This document shows positions 12,606 through 25,500 of a stretch of 64,000 bases of DNA, piece after piece; the stretch's first letter is position 1, and every line of letters starts with the position of its first letter. A model generated the notes under the pieces. The model did not search any database, was not told the DNA's origin, and was given only the letters and a program-made list of their open reading frames with translations. The position numbers and the translations under genes are program-made. Origin of the DNA: Vicugna vicugna (Eukaryota); contig MU058423.1 in the NCBI GenBank assembly GCA_013265495.1, forward strand, positions 4,572,793-4,636,792, given 5' to 3'.

Positions 12606-14000
12606 GTTGAAGAGACTGTCTTTTCTCCATTGTGTATTCTTGCCTCTTTGTCAAAGATTGATTGACCATAAGTCCATGGGTTTATTTCTGGGCTCTCTGT
12701 TCTGTTCCATTGAACCATATGTCTGTTTTTGTGCCAGTACCACAGTGTTTTATTACTATAGCTCTATAGTATTGTCTGAAGTCTGGGAGGGTTATTCCTT
12801 CAGCCTTTTTTTTTTTTTCTTCAGTATTGCTTTGGCAATTCTGGGTCTTTTGTGATTCCATATAAATTTTAGGATTATTTGTTTTAGTTTTGTAAAAAAT
12901 GTTCTGGGCAATTTGGTAGAGATCACATTAAATCTGTAGGTTGCTTTAGGTAGTAGGACAATTTTAACAATATTAATTCTTCCAACCCAGGAGCACGGAA
13001 TATATTTTCATTTCTTTAAATCATTTTTAATTTCCTTAGTCAATGTTTTGTAGTTCTCCACATATAAGTCTTTCACCTCCTTGGCCAGGTTTATTCGTAA
13101 GTTTTTTTTGATGCAATTTTAAGAGGGATTGTTTCTTTATCTTCCTTGTATGATATTTCCTTGTTAGTGTAAAGAAATGCAACTGATTTCTGTATGCTAA
13201 TCTTGTATCCTGTTATCCTACTGAATTCTTTTATCAGCTCTATTAGTTTTTGTGTAGAGCTTTTAGGGTTTTCTAGATATAGTATGTCATCTGCATATAG
13301 TGACAGTTTTACCTCTTCTCTTCTAATTTGGATCCTTTTATTTCTTTTTCTTGTCTGATTGCTATGCCTAGGATTTCCAGTACTATGTTGAATAGAAGTG
13401 GTGAGAATGGGCATCCTTGTATTGTTCCAGATTTTAGTGGGAAGTCTTTGAATTTTTCACTGTTGAGTATTACATTGGCTGTGGGTTTGTCATAAATGAT
13501 TTTTATTATGTTGAGGTATGTTCCCTCTATACCCACTTTAGAAAGAGTTTTTTTTTAATCACAAATTGGTGCTGAATTTTATCAAACACTTTTTCTGCAT
13601 CTGTTGAGATCATGTGATTTTTGTCCTTTTGTTGATGTGGTATATCATGTTGATTGATTTGCGTATGTTGAACCATCCTTGTGTCCCTGGGATGAATCCA
13701 ACTTGATCATAGTGTATGATCTTTTTATGTATTGTTGGATTCTGTTTGCTAATATTTTGTTGAGAATTTTTGCATCTATGTTCATTAATGATACTGGCCT
13801 GTAATTTTCTTTTTTGGTAGTGTCTTTGTCTGACTTTGATATCGGGGTGATGGTGGCTTCATAGAATGAGTGTGGGAGTATTTCCTCCTCTTCAGTCTTT
13901 TGGATGAGTTTGAGAAGGATCAGTATGAGCTCTTCTTTGTATGTTTGGTAGAATTCCTCACTGGAGCCATCTGGTCCAGGACTTTTGTTTGCAGGGCTTT
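12606..14000 (-). pseudogene. Decayed L1 ORF2 reverse transcriptase region
   Basis: [74 protein letters not shown] (RT catalytic motif); split over three frames. Confidence 0.95.
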
Positions 14001-14149
14001 TTTTTGTTTGTTTTTTTTGATTGCTGACATATGTTTTCATTTTAACTTCCTCTATTCTTCCCCCCACCTATTGGTGGCTTAGTACATTTTTGAAAAATGT
14101 GTAACAACTATGCACAAATTCTAGAAGAGGTACTTGAGTATTAAATAAA

Positions 14150-14380
14150 TGATTATTTGAGTAACACTGTATGTCACACCCATAAATTAGCTCATATAAT
14201 TCTCAGAACAACCCTTGAGAAATGAGCATATTATCATTATAATTTATCCCTCTATTATACATGACAAAATGAGGATAGAAAGAGTGTAGGAGCTTAAGTA
14301 GTAACCAGCATAAAGAGACAGCTAGCAAGTAGTAAAGGCAGGATGTAAGTCCAGGACTCCAAATGCTACTTTCTGTGTTC
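14150..14380 (-). mobile_element. MIR SINE
   Basis: tcatataattctcagaacaacccttgaga...cagctagcaagtagtaaaggcagga. Confidence 0.65.
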
Positions 14381-15231
14381 TTTCTGTTCACTACATGGTC
14401 TTTCCCATGCTGCACTGTAAGAGCTGGGGCAAATCCCATGACTAGATTTAGGTGGCAGTGAGGTGGCAGCAGAGAGGCATGGTGCATGACATATGCTTTC
14501 TTTTGAAAATGCTTTTGGAGGAACTAGTCCTCCATGCAGAATACAAGCCCATGATTTAAGCCCTATATGCTGTACCTCTTGGCATAGCCTTGCTTTTTCT
14601 GTCACTACTGTATAGGATCTCATGAGATTTTAATAAAGTAATATCTTTAATATTATGAAGAAAGCATGCTATGATAAAAGTGAATTATAATGCTGTAGTT
14701 TAGCCCTAAATCAATAATCCCCCAATTACAAATGTTATACCATTTATAAGATTGTTTTTTCACCAGAGGGAAAGTATTTGTGCTTGTCTTAGAAACATGT
14801 GTGATGCACATAGTTAGCAAAACTGATAGTATTAATAAAAATCTTAATAGGCTTCATGATTAGAATAAAATGATATTTTGATCCAAATCCCTAATTAGAA
14901 CAGTACATTTACCAACTGTTCTCATGGGAAATGGAGCCAGAATTCATCATTTAAAGTAATACCTAATTAATCCTTCTTTGTAACAGATGTCAGCCTTATT
15001 TTCAGATCTTTTGTAGACAATGACTCGCTGTATGAATCTTTTAATTGTCTACCTTGGGTTATTTATTTTTAACACTATAATATGTGGTTAAATAAAGGAG
15101 ATATAATCAGTTTAACTATGGTTTGAGTCTGTTTAGCTGCTACAGTGGAGATACGGAATGTTGAGCATGACAAACATGTTCATAATTCCATCAGAATCAA
15201 TTTAAAATAAAATGCAGTAGTAAATCTGTTA

Positions 15232-15410
15232 ACCGTGGCATAGTGGAGAAATACTGGGCTGTGGGTTAGGAGATAAGCGTTTCATCATGACTCTGCCATA
15301 CAGTATTGCCTGATCTAAGGCAATTTATCCCAGCTCTTCGGATTTCGGATATTGTATCTGTGTGATGAGGCCAATGGACTGTGATTTTTATGGTCCCTTC
15401 CAGGGCAAAG
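15232..15410 (+). mobile_element. MIR3/MIR fragment
   Basis: gtggcatagtggagaaatactgggct...ctctgccat...atctgtgtgatgagg...ggtcccttccag. Confidence 0.65.
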
Positions 15411-16129
15411 ATTCATTACCTCATAAGAACTGTTCTGTTTTCTTACAATTCACATTCCATTTTCATTTACTCTGCACATAGGTATATAGGCATGTGCATG
15501 AGATTATGTGTGTGTGTGTACACACACAACTGCACACACACATCTCTCTCTCCTTACACTTAGCATTTCAGTTGCATTCTATAGTATCTTTTGATGAAGA
15601 AGAGGAACAAGATAATGACAGCTGATAAAGTTACTTATGCTTTTAGACATATATCATCTAATATTGGTAAAAAGGGAATGACTTATTCAGTGGCAGACTT
15701 CAGCATGTACCTCTGGGAAGCATAATATTACATTTGAAATGCTTTTTCACTGATTAGTCAGCAAAAAATAATTCTGACAGAAATTTAGGATATGTAGCTT
15801 TGATCCTTATCAATGCCTCCTTACCAAAGTAATGCATATTTATGTTCTGGTAACTACTTACCAAAGTCTACAAAAGTATAATCTGAAAAACAGAATAAAT
15901 ATGAAATGCGATGTGTTAAAAATGATGTCAATTAAAGGCATCAGCTTGTAAATAGGAATTTAGGCACCCCTGTTGTTGAAAATTGGAACTATATGATCTA
16001 TATGTGGAGGAAGACTGCAAGTGTTTAACCTGGAGAAGTCTGTTGGCTTTGCATTATCCCTATAATGTTTAACAAAAGTCCATGAATCGGGTAGTTTATA
16101 ATGCCAAAAAGGCTAATAATGTCTAAGAA

Positions 16130-16360
16130 TCATTAACATTTATTAGGAGCTCACTCTGTACAGGCTATGTTTTATGCTTATTACCTCTTTCGTCTCATTT
16201 TACCTTCAAAACAATCCTGTGAAGTGAGTCCTTTTATTAACTTTACTTTGAAAATGAGAAAACTGAAGCTTGCAGATAATAGTCACTTGGCCAAGACCAC
16301 TGAACAAAAGTGGAGGGGACCCCGAATGCTAGTTCAGGCAGTTTGGTTTCAGAGCCTTAT
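16130..16360 (-). mobile_element. MIR SINE
   Basis: aacatttattaggagctcactctgt...atgagaaaactgaagct...cacttggccaagaccac. Confidence 0.8.
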
Positions 16361-16399
16361 CAGTGCCCAGGGACAACAAAAGCAACCAATTAACCAACA

Positions 16400-17780
16400 A
16401 CAATGCAGATCAGTCCTAAATCTGTTTATCTTTGGACCCACCTGCCTCAGGCCTAGACATGTGTGTCCACCTGCTGGCTAGACGGACCCACCAGCAGGTC
16501 TCAGCGTCCCCTGCAGTCCGCCCCGTCACTGAGCCCTCACCCTGTGCACCTAGCCTGCTGCGCTCCTGTGATTTCCCTGCTTAAGCAGATTCGTCAGTCG
16601 TCTGTGGCTCCAGGCTGAGAAGAAACTTGGTCTTCTCTCTCTTCACTTGCTACATCCAATTATCTGTTACATCAATTCAGTTCTAGGACTCAAATACTTT
16701 TAAAATCTGATTCCTCTTCTCTATTGCCATGGCCTCCGCCCCGGTCCAAGAGACTGCCATTTCTCACGTGGACAGCGGTGAAACTTTCCAGGACAGGCTG
16801 CTCTTCTTCCAGGTTTGCTCCTCTTCAGTCTGTTCTCTGCGCTTTAGCTAGAGTGATGTTTTAAAATCATATATCTGATCGTGTAAGACAGCTGTTTAAA
16901 GTGCAGATCTTCTCATTAGTTCTGGGTAAAGTCCCTCTTCCCTAACACGCTTACCAATGCTGCTTACCCACCTTGCCCCCTCACCCCAGATTTTCTGATG
17001 CTGTTGGCTCCTTACATATTCTATCACAGACTTGGTGCTTTTCTTTTAGCGTCTTGCTTTTACTTTTACTGTTTCGAGACCTTCACATGTTCTTTTAAAA
17101 TTCACATATCAATCATGTCCTAAATGAAGGCCACTGTCCTAAGCACTCAAGTACAGTGCAAAGCAAGACTGACAAAGTCCCTGCTCTCATGGAACTTTTC
17201 TTTTAATGGTTTAGAGGGACAGACCATAAACAAAGAAAATAGTGTATTTCAGACGGCTGTGAATTCTATGAAGAGAACAAGGCAACCGGACAGAGAGTGA
17301 GGGGCTGCCTGGGTGGAGTATAGGAGGCACACGTGCTTATAGATGCCTGGACTATTCTTCCCCTGCTCCCTCGCCGCCCCGCCCTGCTTCCACTCCCTGC
17401 CTGGCTAACTGCTACTCACGTTTCAGGGCTCAGCTCAACCATCACTGGATTGGGAGGCTTTCTTGACCTCTCCTTTGTTCAGGCTAGACTAGGTGCGTCT
17501 GTGTTCTCACGTCCCCACGCTGCCCGGTGCTTTCTCCTTTGAAATTCTCATCACACTTTAAATTACTAATTTGAAGTATTTAAATAATTAAAACACTTAA
17601 ATAAATGTTCACTTTAAATAATTATACTTACATAGTTATAATAATAAAATAAATAACATAATAAATGATCAATTTTCAATATATAGTACATAATAATACT
17701 TAATTACTTAAAATAATAATTAACTATTTGAAGTCTGTTTTCTACACACTGTAAATTTCAAGAAAGAAGGGCCACATTTC
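16400..17780 (+). mobile_element. L2 LINE fragments, containing an opposite-strand L2 piece at about 17100-17330
   Basis: L2-type pyrimidine-rich motifs such as gctagagtgatgttttaaaatcatatatctgatc and gcttatagatgcctggactattcttccc; inner piece caagactgacaaagtccctgctctcatggaactt. Confidence 0.7.
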
Positions 17781-18550
17781 TGGGTGATACAACAGTGAAA
17801 AACACAGACACGTAAGAGCCTCCTCTCAAGGAGCTTGTATTCACGTGTATGTTTGGGAAAGCGCACAAAAAACCAAGCAGGTACCAGTTAGTTAAAAGGG
17901 TTAGTTAGCACCAATATTTAATCTTAAGGTTATAATTTTAGCAGAGAAAAAGGTTTTTAAAAACCTACCGTTGGGGACCTGCCCTCCCTGAAGTTTTAGG
18001 AGTAGCTCCTCTAAGGAAGTGATGATCAGACTGAGGCCTGAATACCGAGAGTCTGCTGGGTGGAGACCGGACTCGGCAGGACGAGAAAATATCTCCGAGT
18101 AGTAACGGGGGTGGTGACAGGGATCTCGTTAGGGGTGCTGTGTTCCTGGGGGTCAGAGGAGTTTCCTGACTGGCAAGAAGGATGCAGCCATATGAATGCC
18201 AGGACAGTGGGACTTCAGAAGAAGAGAAGAGCACAGAAGTCCTAAGATGGGAACGAGCTTGGTGAGGTCTAGAATGACGAAGGGGACCAGCATGATGAGG
18301 CGTACGCAGTGAGCAAAGGGGGTCAGGTGAGTGGTAAGAGACGAGGCCTGAAAAGTCAGCAGAGGCCAGATCACAGAGGGCCTTGTTGGCCATTGCAAGG
18401 AATTTGGACTTTGTTCTAGGCGCACTGAAAAACTTGGACGCTTTAAGGTAGGAGAGTGGCATGCCTTATTTATATTTTAAGATTGCTCTGGTTGTTGCAC
18501 AGACAAAGGATTCTAGAGAGCAGGAGGGCAAGCAATGAGACCTGCTAAAG
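17780..18550 (-). mobile_element. L2 LINE
   Basis: gatacaacagtgaa...ctctcaaggagcttgtattc...ggccagatcacagagggccttgttggccattgcaaggaatttggacttt. Confidence 0.85.
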
Positions 18551-18924
18551 CTCATAAATAACATGGGCGCTCACCTCTGTGATGTGAATGAAGGGTCAGA
18601 AAGAAATGTTTACAGTCTGTCCTGGAGATTATTTTCCTCAGGAACAAGAGGAAGATGCAGTGAAAATAATTAGGAGTCAGGCAGATTTGGGTTGACACCC
18701 TAGCCTAGCTGTGGGACCTTGAGTAAGGAATTTGCATGAGAATCAGAATCCGTCCCTCGCAGAGTTCCTGAGGGACCAGTGAGGTAATGCTTTTGGGCCT
18801 GTCATAGTACCGGTACACGAGGCAGCCCCATAAACAGGCTCCCCTTCTCTCTCTTTAAAAGATGAATGCTCATGTGAGGAATAATACATTAAGTCACCAG
18901 TGACTGTTGACTTTGCAGCAGTGG

Positions 18925-19520
18925 TGAGTGTTTCATGTCTGCCAGGCACTGTGCTGGGAGCTGAGGGCTCAAGTTCCCTTTGTCAGGCATCTTACAGAAC
19001 AGTCGGAAAGACAGACGTTAAACAAATGATTGTACGAATAGTTACATGATGACTATTGCAGTTGGCCCTGCAAAGGACAAAGTTCTTTAAAGCATACACT
19101 AGAAGAGCCTGTGCGTTCTGAAGCTCGAGGAAAGGCTCCTGGAGTGGAATTTAGTGAGAGACGTAAAGGGTGAGCATTACTAGGTGATTATGTACTGAAT
19201 TTGGTCTTTTCCAAGGTGACAGTTTGCAGAAAATAAGTTTTGATAAGGATTGGAAAGAGAATCCAAGAACTAGAACCTGGCCTGCGGTGAGAAGTTCAAT
19301 GCCAGGGACCCAGGGCATGGGGTGTGGGGGTCTGTGATCCATGAGGGGAGAGGAAGCAGCAAGTCCAGGGCCCAGCACAGACTGTGGGCAACGTGCACGT
19401 CACAGAGGGCAGCGGGGAGTGTCATGCTCTGAACAGCACACTTTTTCTTTCTCGAGTCTAAGACGTTATGAGCGTGCGTAGGGAGGAGGAATTAGACTCG
19501 GGGAAGTTGGGTTAGTAGAT
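18925..19520 (-). mobile_element. L2 LINE
   Basis: gccaggcactgtgctgggagctgaggg...aggaaaggctcctggag. Confidence 0.7.
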
Positions 19521-22500
19521 TAGGAGTTCGGGCAGCTTTTTCAGTCAATGTGAACTGAAAAGTTTCAGGCACAAGTAATTGAACGATCATTTCTTCTTGC
19601 TGGTACCCATTAAAAAAACCAGAGGTCTGTTCAGAGCTCCTCCACAAATCTACAAATGCCCTCATTATGGTTTGAGCACTAAAATATAAATTATGATCCA
19701 AAATCTAGATTGATTCGTGAATCAGAAGACCTCAAAAGATACAAAAGTATTTTGATCTATTAGTGCATATCTCACAGATAGTTTACTTGAAAAACATTAT
19801 ATAAGTTTGGGGATTATGAGAAAATTCAGAACATAAGGAGGCCATATCTATACCTCAGTTCTGTTTTGTACAACCTTTTTAGATTGAAATGAAAGTAGCA
19901 AGTGCTCAAAATACAGGCTTTGATAGAGTACCTTTTTGTTTTAGAAAAATAATTATTAAAAGGGAAGTGTGAGTCTATATTCTCATTTGGAAAATTACTG
20001 TAAATACATTTAAAACAAAAGATACAACAACGAACAAAAACAAAGACTCAGCTTCATCCTGGGGAAAAAAATATTTTTGCTATTTACAGACTCTTTGCTG
20101 GGGAGGATTTTCCCCTAGTTTTTAAAAGCTACATTCGCTTTCCATCTCTGCCCAGTGCACTTAGAGAGGGCCGAATTGACAGAGTCCCTTCCTGTGTGTG
20201 CTGATGTGGCTGAAAATCGTACAAGCCCATCAGCAGTTTTGCACATTCTGGTTCCCAGTCCAGCCTGTCCTTTGAGCAAGGATCCTAAGTGCCACTTGCA
20301 AGGCATGCTCTGTTGGTGGTCTTGGCCCAAAGTCAGAGCGGTGTCAAATTGAATTGTTTCCCCTCTGATCAAGGGACTTCTGCTCGTCCTGCAGGCTGTC
20401 GTGTCTTCTTTATGCCCTACCAGGTGATAGTCCTTTAAACTGGGTCATTGGAAACATTTTTCTTGCTGCTGCACACAAGCCAAAACTCCTTCGGTTTCCT
20501 CTCGTTATTCTCTGATCACCTGGAATATTCCATTCTTTTCCTGGGAGAGGAAGCTCAACTTGTAAAAAATATGAGTCAGGATGGAGCCCTGCCATTTGGA
20601 GATACTCAGCTTTTACAAAGGAAGGCAGAATACAAGAGCACTTTCATTGCCTCACGCTTGTCGGGAGAGTGTAAATCACGGCAAGCTTATGGCTTGATCG
20701 ACTTGGTGGAGGGGTTAATTTTTCCTGTGCGCTTTCCGAGGGCAGTCCATGCCTCTGCCTGTGGCCCTGGGTCATATGTTACGTGCACTCACAGAATGTG
20801 AGAAAGAACATTCTTTAATAGCAATGTTGAAGTTTACTCTAATGTGGTGCTTTCGTTCATCCCCTTCCTGTCCCTTCAATTTAGACTCTTTTAACCTCTT
20901 GGACAAAGCATCAGCTACAACTGAAATTTTTTTTGGCTTCCTTAAGCAAATATATAAATGTAAAGTGCATAGGAAACTGCCTCACACAAAACAGATGTTG
21001 ATTAAATGGAAATTTTATTTCATTTCTTCTAACTTGTTCTTCTTTTAAAGTAACTAAAATAATAATTTTCTTTTTTCCTGAAGGATTTCCATAATATATT
21101 CTTTAGCTTCCAAATTATTTTAAATCAGTGGAATTAAAATAGCATGCTTAATATGGAAATATGTATAGTTCATCAGGAAACAGATTTAGGGCCGAATTTC
21201 TTTGTTTATACTTTTTCTTAATGGAATGGGAAGATATTTACTGTTATTAAATTTAAAAGTAAGTTTCAAAAGCAGAATATCAGTATACAGCATAAGCTAA
21301 TTTTGTATTATGTTTACCGTTTTAACAAGAATAGAGAAAGAAAATGCTTAAAGAATGAATTCATCTTTTTTGGTAATAATATTTGCTACTTCAAGGGAGG
21401 AATCTTTGAATTCATAAATGAATCATCATTCTTTTTAAGATCTTCTTATGAAGCAAATGCCATGTAGTAATGTGGGACTTTAAAAGGGTTTTATACCTGT
21501 AGAAACTGATAGAAGAATAGGTATGTAACTCCTACATCTGAAAAATTCATCCACCCTTCTGATTCCATTGCTTCATAATAGGTTCCTGCCTCCTCAAAGG
21601 AGAAGATGTTTCTTATCACCCATAACAGCCAACCACCTCTTTTGATCAATGGCCTTTGAGGCACCAATCACATTACCCTCCTTACCGCAGATTCTTCTAG
21701 AGACAGTTTATAAAAATAGCAAAGTTCTCTTTTATTCCCAATAGGATAGATATTGTCATTTCCCTGGAAGTGCTACAGATTTAAAAAAAATAATTGAGAA
21801 ACCCAAGGAAGAAATGAGTCTTCCCCTGTCAACAGTGTGCAGAAGGAAGTAAGGGGAAGGAAAGAAGCATCAGCAGGGAAAATGCTTGGAGGAAAGAGAT
21901 CAGATCTGATGCCCCCTTGTGCTTCCTTCCAGTTCAGATTCTGCAAAGTCCCAATACTTGCTTGATCAAAACCTTCCATTCAAGGGTGAGAGGAGGTATA
22001 AAAATAAGTATTGTAGAGCTTTAAGCATCATAGGTTATTGAAATTCAATAAACTCATAGAAAATTCGTATATATGGAACAGATTTATTTTTATTATGTGA
22101 GCATGGAAACTGAAAAAAAAAGTTTCTATAACCTTAAAGAGCTGAAATAATTTTCTCTACAAAAACTGTGTTCTCGAGTTTCATTGCCTAGTGCCAGTTT
22201 TCAGCGTAGAGTGAATTTTTATGTTTGAGTCATAAACCTCTGAAAATCATACCACAGGTTTGAGTGGAAGGAGGGCTGACACCACTTTAATTACAGTGTG
22301 GTGAGGGCCGGGGTGAGAAGCATGGCATTAACTCCTTCACTCACACACCACGTCGCACCGCTTCAGGGCAGATGGGCTCTGCATTCAATCCTGAAAACGT
22401 GGATTTCAAAATCACTGAGTTCGTACGTGGGTTCTGTTTTGCTTCAGTTTCTTTGCCCCTTCCAGGAAACACTATCTTTAGAGTTATAATGAGTAGTTTT

Positions 22501-25500
22501 ATTCCTCAGATTTGGATCAAAGGAATCTGTCATCGCTGAAGGAACCAACCTTCCTGGCTGTCGTAGCGAACATACTTCTGACTTGGATTTATGCGCTGGT
22601 TGTGATGACTATTATGTGATGACTAGGAGATCTTCCTTTGGCTAACATGGAAAATAAAGGGTTTGGTCTTCTAATTTGCGACTGGGAGTTGGTTTTTCGC
22701 ATCGCCTACCCTGCAAGAGGAGAATTCAGGGATTTTGGCTACAACTGCTTCCTTGGCGGCATTGCCCATATTTTGATGAACAAGGAAGTGATCAAGCAAC
22801 TGTTTAAGAGGATCGATGAACCATAAGTGGCCAAAAATAACTGACTCATGAAAGTAGCAAAGCTTTTTTCCACAGGCATCTTAGGGATCTCATATACGGA
22901 GGCTGCTTTCCGATTCACTGCGAGGGCATATTTAAAACATAAACTGCTGAGGGATTGTAACCATGTGTTACATAGCTCTCAGTACATTGTGAGCCTTAGA
23001 TGAATCAATTATAATGACACGTTGGGAAAAAAAGAGAAAAGGAAGACCTTTTCTTTGTAGTAAGATACCTAGGAAATTTCATCCTAAAATGGCTGAGGAA
23101 ACAGCCCTAATGACATAAGCTAAGCTGGGACAGATCCATCAAGTCAATAACTACATTAGCAATTACATCCTTTTAGTGGAAAAGCAGTCCTGGGCCACGT
23201 CTCCATAGCTACTGAGGGGACGTCTCCTCCGCTGTGCTGGGAGAGTCCATACCTTTGGCTGCCTCAGCTCTCTCCGGGGCTTTCGGTTAAAGCAGTTGAT
23301 GGATTAAGTTGGCCGCTAACAAGGGCCAGCCACCAGAGTGTATTGGGACTGTGTCTGGAAATTCATGGAAAATTCTGAGAAAGTCTAGATCCAGTCAAAG
23401 TTTACAAATGGCTTTGATAGCCCCTGAGAAGTTTCTTTTTCTTTTTCCTTAATAAACGGCTCGTTCTCTTTTCTATTAACAACTAATGAAGTACACAACT
23501 GCATGATGGAGACGCTGCTAAACGTGTTTTCAAGGTATTCCTCACAGTCATAATCTATTAATGCTGCAGGAGATCTTAGAGAAACGCCTTGACGAGTAAC
23601 TTACCCAAGGCACTTCTTTTCTAATTCATAGACTTTAATTCTTTTAAAAAATGAATTTAATACTCCAGGTGTATTGCTCACTAGCTGCACTGATTTTATT
23701 TTCCACTTACTATTCTGTGCTGTGTTTCAAGCTTATTTTTTTTTTCTTTTTGAATTTTAAAATCTGCAAGCATTGCCTCTTCCCTCCCCCAGTTTTGATC
23801 CCAGATTGCCAGTCTCCTGGGTTTATAATTCTCAAAATCTGATAAGATACAGACAATGAGTTTAAAGTCAATATAACCACTGGGAGTTGAAAAACCTTTG
23901 TTTACTTGTTTGGCTGGCTGGTGTTGTAAAAACTAAATCAATCAAGCTCAGCTAAAAGTGGTTCCAGCTGATCCCCATACATTTAGTCCTGCTTGGAATT
24001 GCTATTATGTTACTTAAACTGTTGAATTCTCAACCATTTAAATGGACAGGCTTTGTCTTCTCCTGATGACCTACATGCTGGTTGATTAGCACTGGTTTGA
24101 TTCTCTTCTGGACACTTTTCCTTTAATTAAACCCGACAGGGTTTTTGGCTTGGAATTTCTAGAAGCACCCTAGGATCACAGTGTCCTTTCCATTTATAAA
24201 AGCCAGTTGCTGGATTCCACAGGATAATGTAGGTGAAGTGCTTTGAAAAAGTTAAATGCATTATATAAGTACAAAGAACAGCACTGGTATTTTCTCATGT
24301 GGGAGAGCAGCCTTAGTGAAGCAGCCTTGGTACAGCAAGTAGTTCAACTTTTGTTCTAGATCTTTCTGTTTCTTTTTTTCTCTCCCCTTCCTTTAAAGCA
24401 CTTCAAAAACTTTCTCTTTTGTATCCCTGAAGCCCTGCTACTTTTTTCACTAGCATAAAAAAATAAAGAAAGCAAAAGATAAATATTTCAGAGCTAGCAT
24501 TTTGGGAAAAACAACCTACTGACATCTATCTGCTTTTGGAAATAGACAGATCCACTTTAGGAGACAGCTAGATGATGGGGTTATTGAACACAGGGCTGTA
24601 AACAGTGACAATCCCATTGGCCAGGATACTTTCAGGCAGCAGGTTTGAGAGACCAGGGGAGTGGAGTTACAGAGCTCTCAGGGTTCAGGTTGGCCCAGAG
24701 GGTCAGCTGCCTGATGCTCTGCCTTAAATTCATCCACAGGTTTACTTCTACCAGAAATTCATAGGTCCACTCACCAGTAGAGCCATCTTGTAGAAGAAAG
24801 CATAGTTAAAACATATTAATTAGTTTTATATTTCTGGCTCCTATAGTTCTCTAGTCCTTTTTATTTAGAGTGTCTTCCACAATCAAATGGCAAGAGATGT
24901 GAGTAGCTATTGTAAATACATCCCAAAGATTCAGAGATAACTCTAGCAGGTTTTGGTTACTCTGGGTTAAGTTGCTAGTGAAAAAGAAAAGTGATTTAAA
25001 AAAAAAATATGGCAGAGAAAAGAGGAAGCAAGCTCAGAAACCTCGGTTAACAAAGTTAATACCATGTTGGCTAATGCACAAACAGCTTCAATTTCCTTTA
25101 ATTAGTTCAGAGTTAGGTGACAACATATTTAATCAGTGAGCTAACAAGTGCAGCCGCTGATTGCTCTCACCGCCCTGTGTGTATGTGTTGACTGAAAAAG
25201 TAAATAAAATTACTTTCACCGGAATAATAAAGTGGCATCCTAATTTTATTACAGCAGCAACCTTCTAGAAGTAGCATGCAGCAGAGAAAATTGATTATTT
25301 CCTCAGTACTTTTCCCTCTGCCTTTAACATGTCGCTGTGGTTTAACCCTTTGGGGGTGTGATGGCTAAATTGGAGTCCATCTGTCAAAAAGACAGACCAC
25401 ATCGCCACCATGTTCTGTGCCTTTTCTGCAAAGTATTGAGATGGGCCTGAATGCATTGCTTTAATTCACATTAGCAACTATATTCCTGGGTGGCAAAATG

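Larger units (their letters stand above)
12135..14027 (-). mobile_element. Cetartiodactyl/camelid-type LINE-1, 5'-truncated, 3'UTR plus ORF2 fragment with internal gap
   Basis: Poly-T start then ttaattgcagtatagttagtttacaatgttgtg (L1 3' end); ORF2 peptides on the minus strand. Confidence 0.95.

Noticed and set aside
17965..18462. 165-aa ORF, the longest in the window
   Set aside because: Lies wholly in an L2 3' remnant; no protein-like motif
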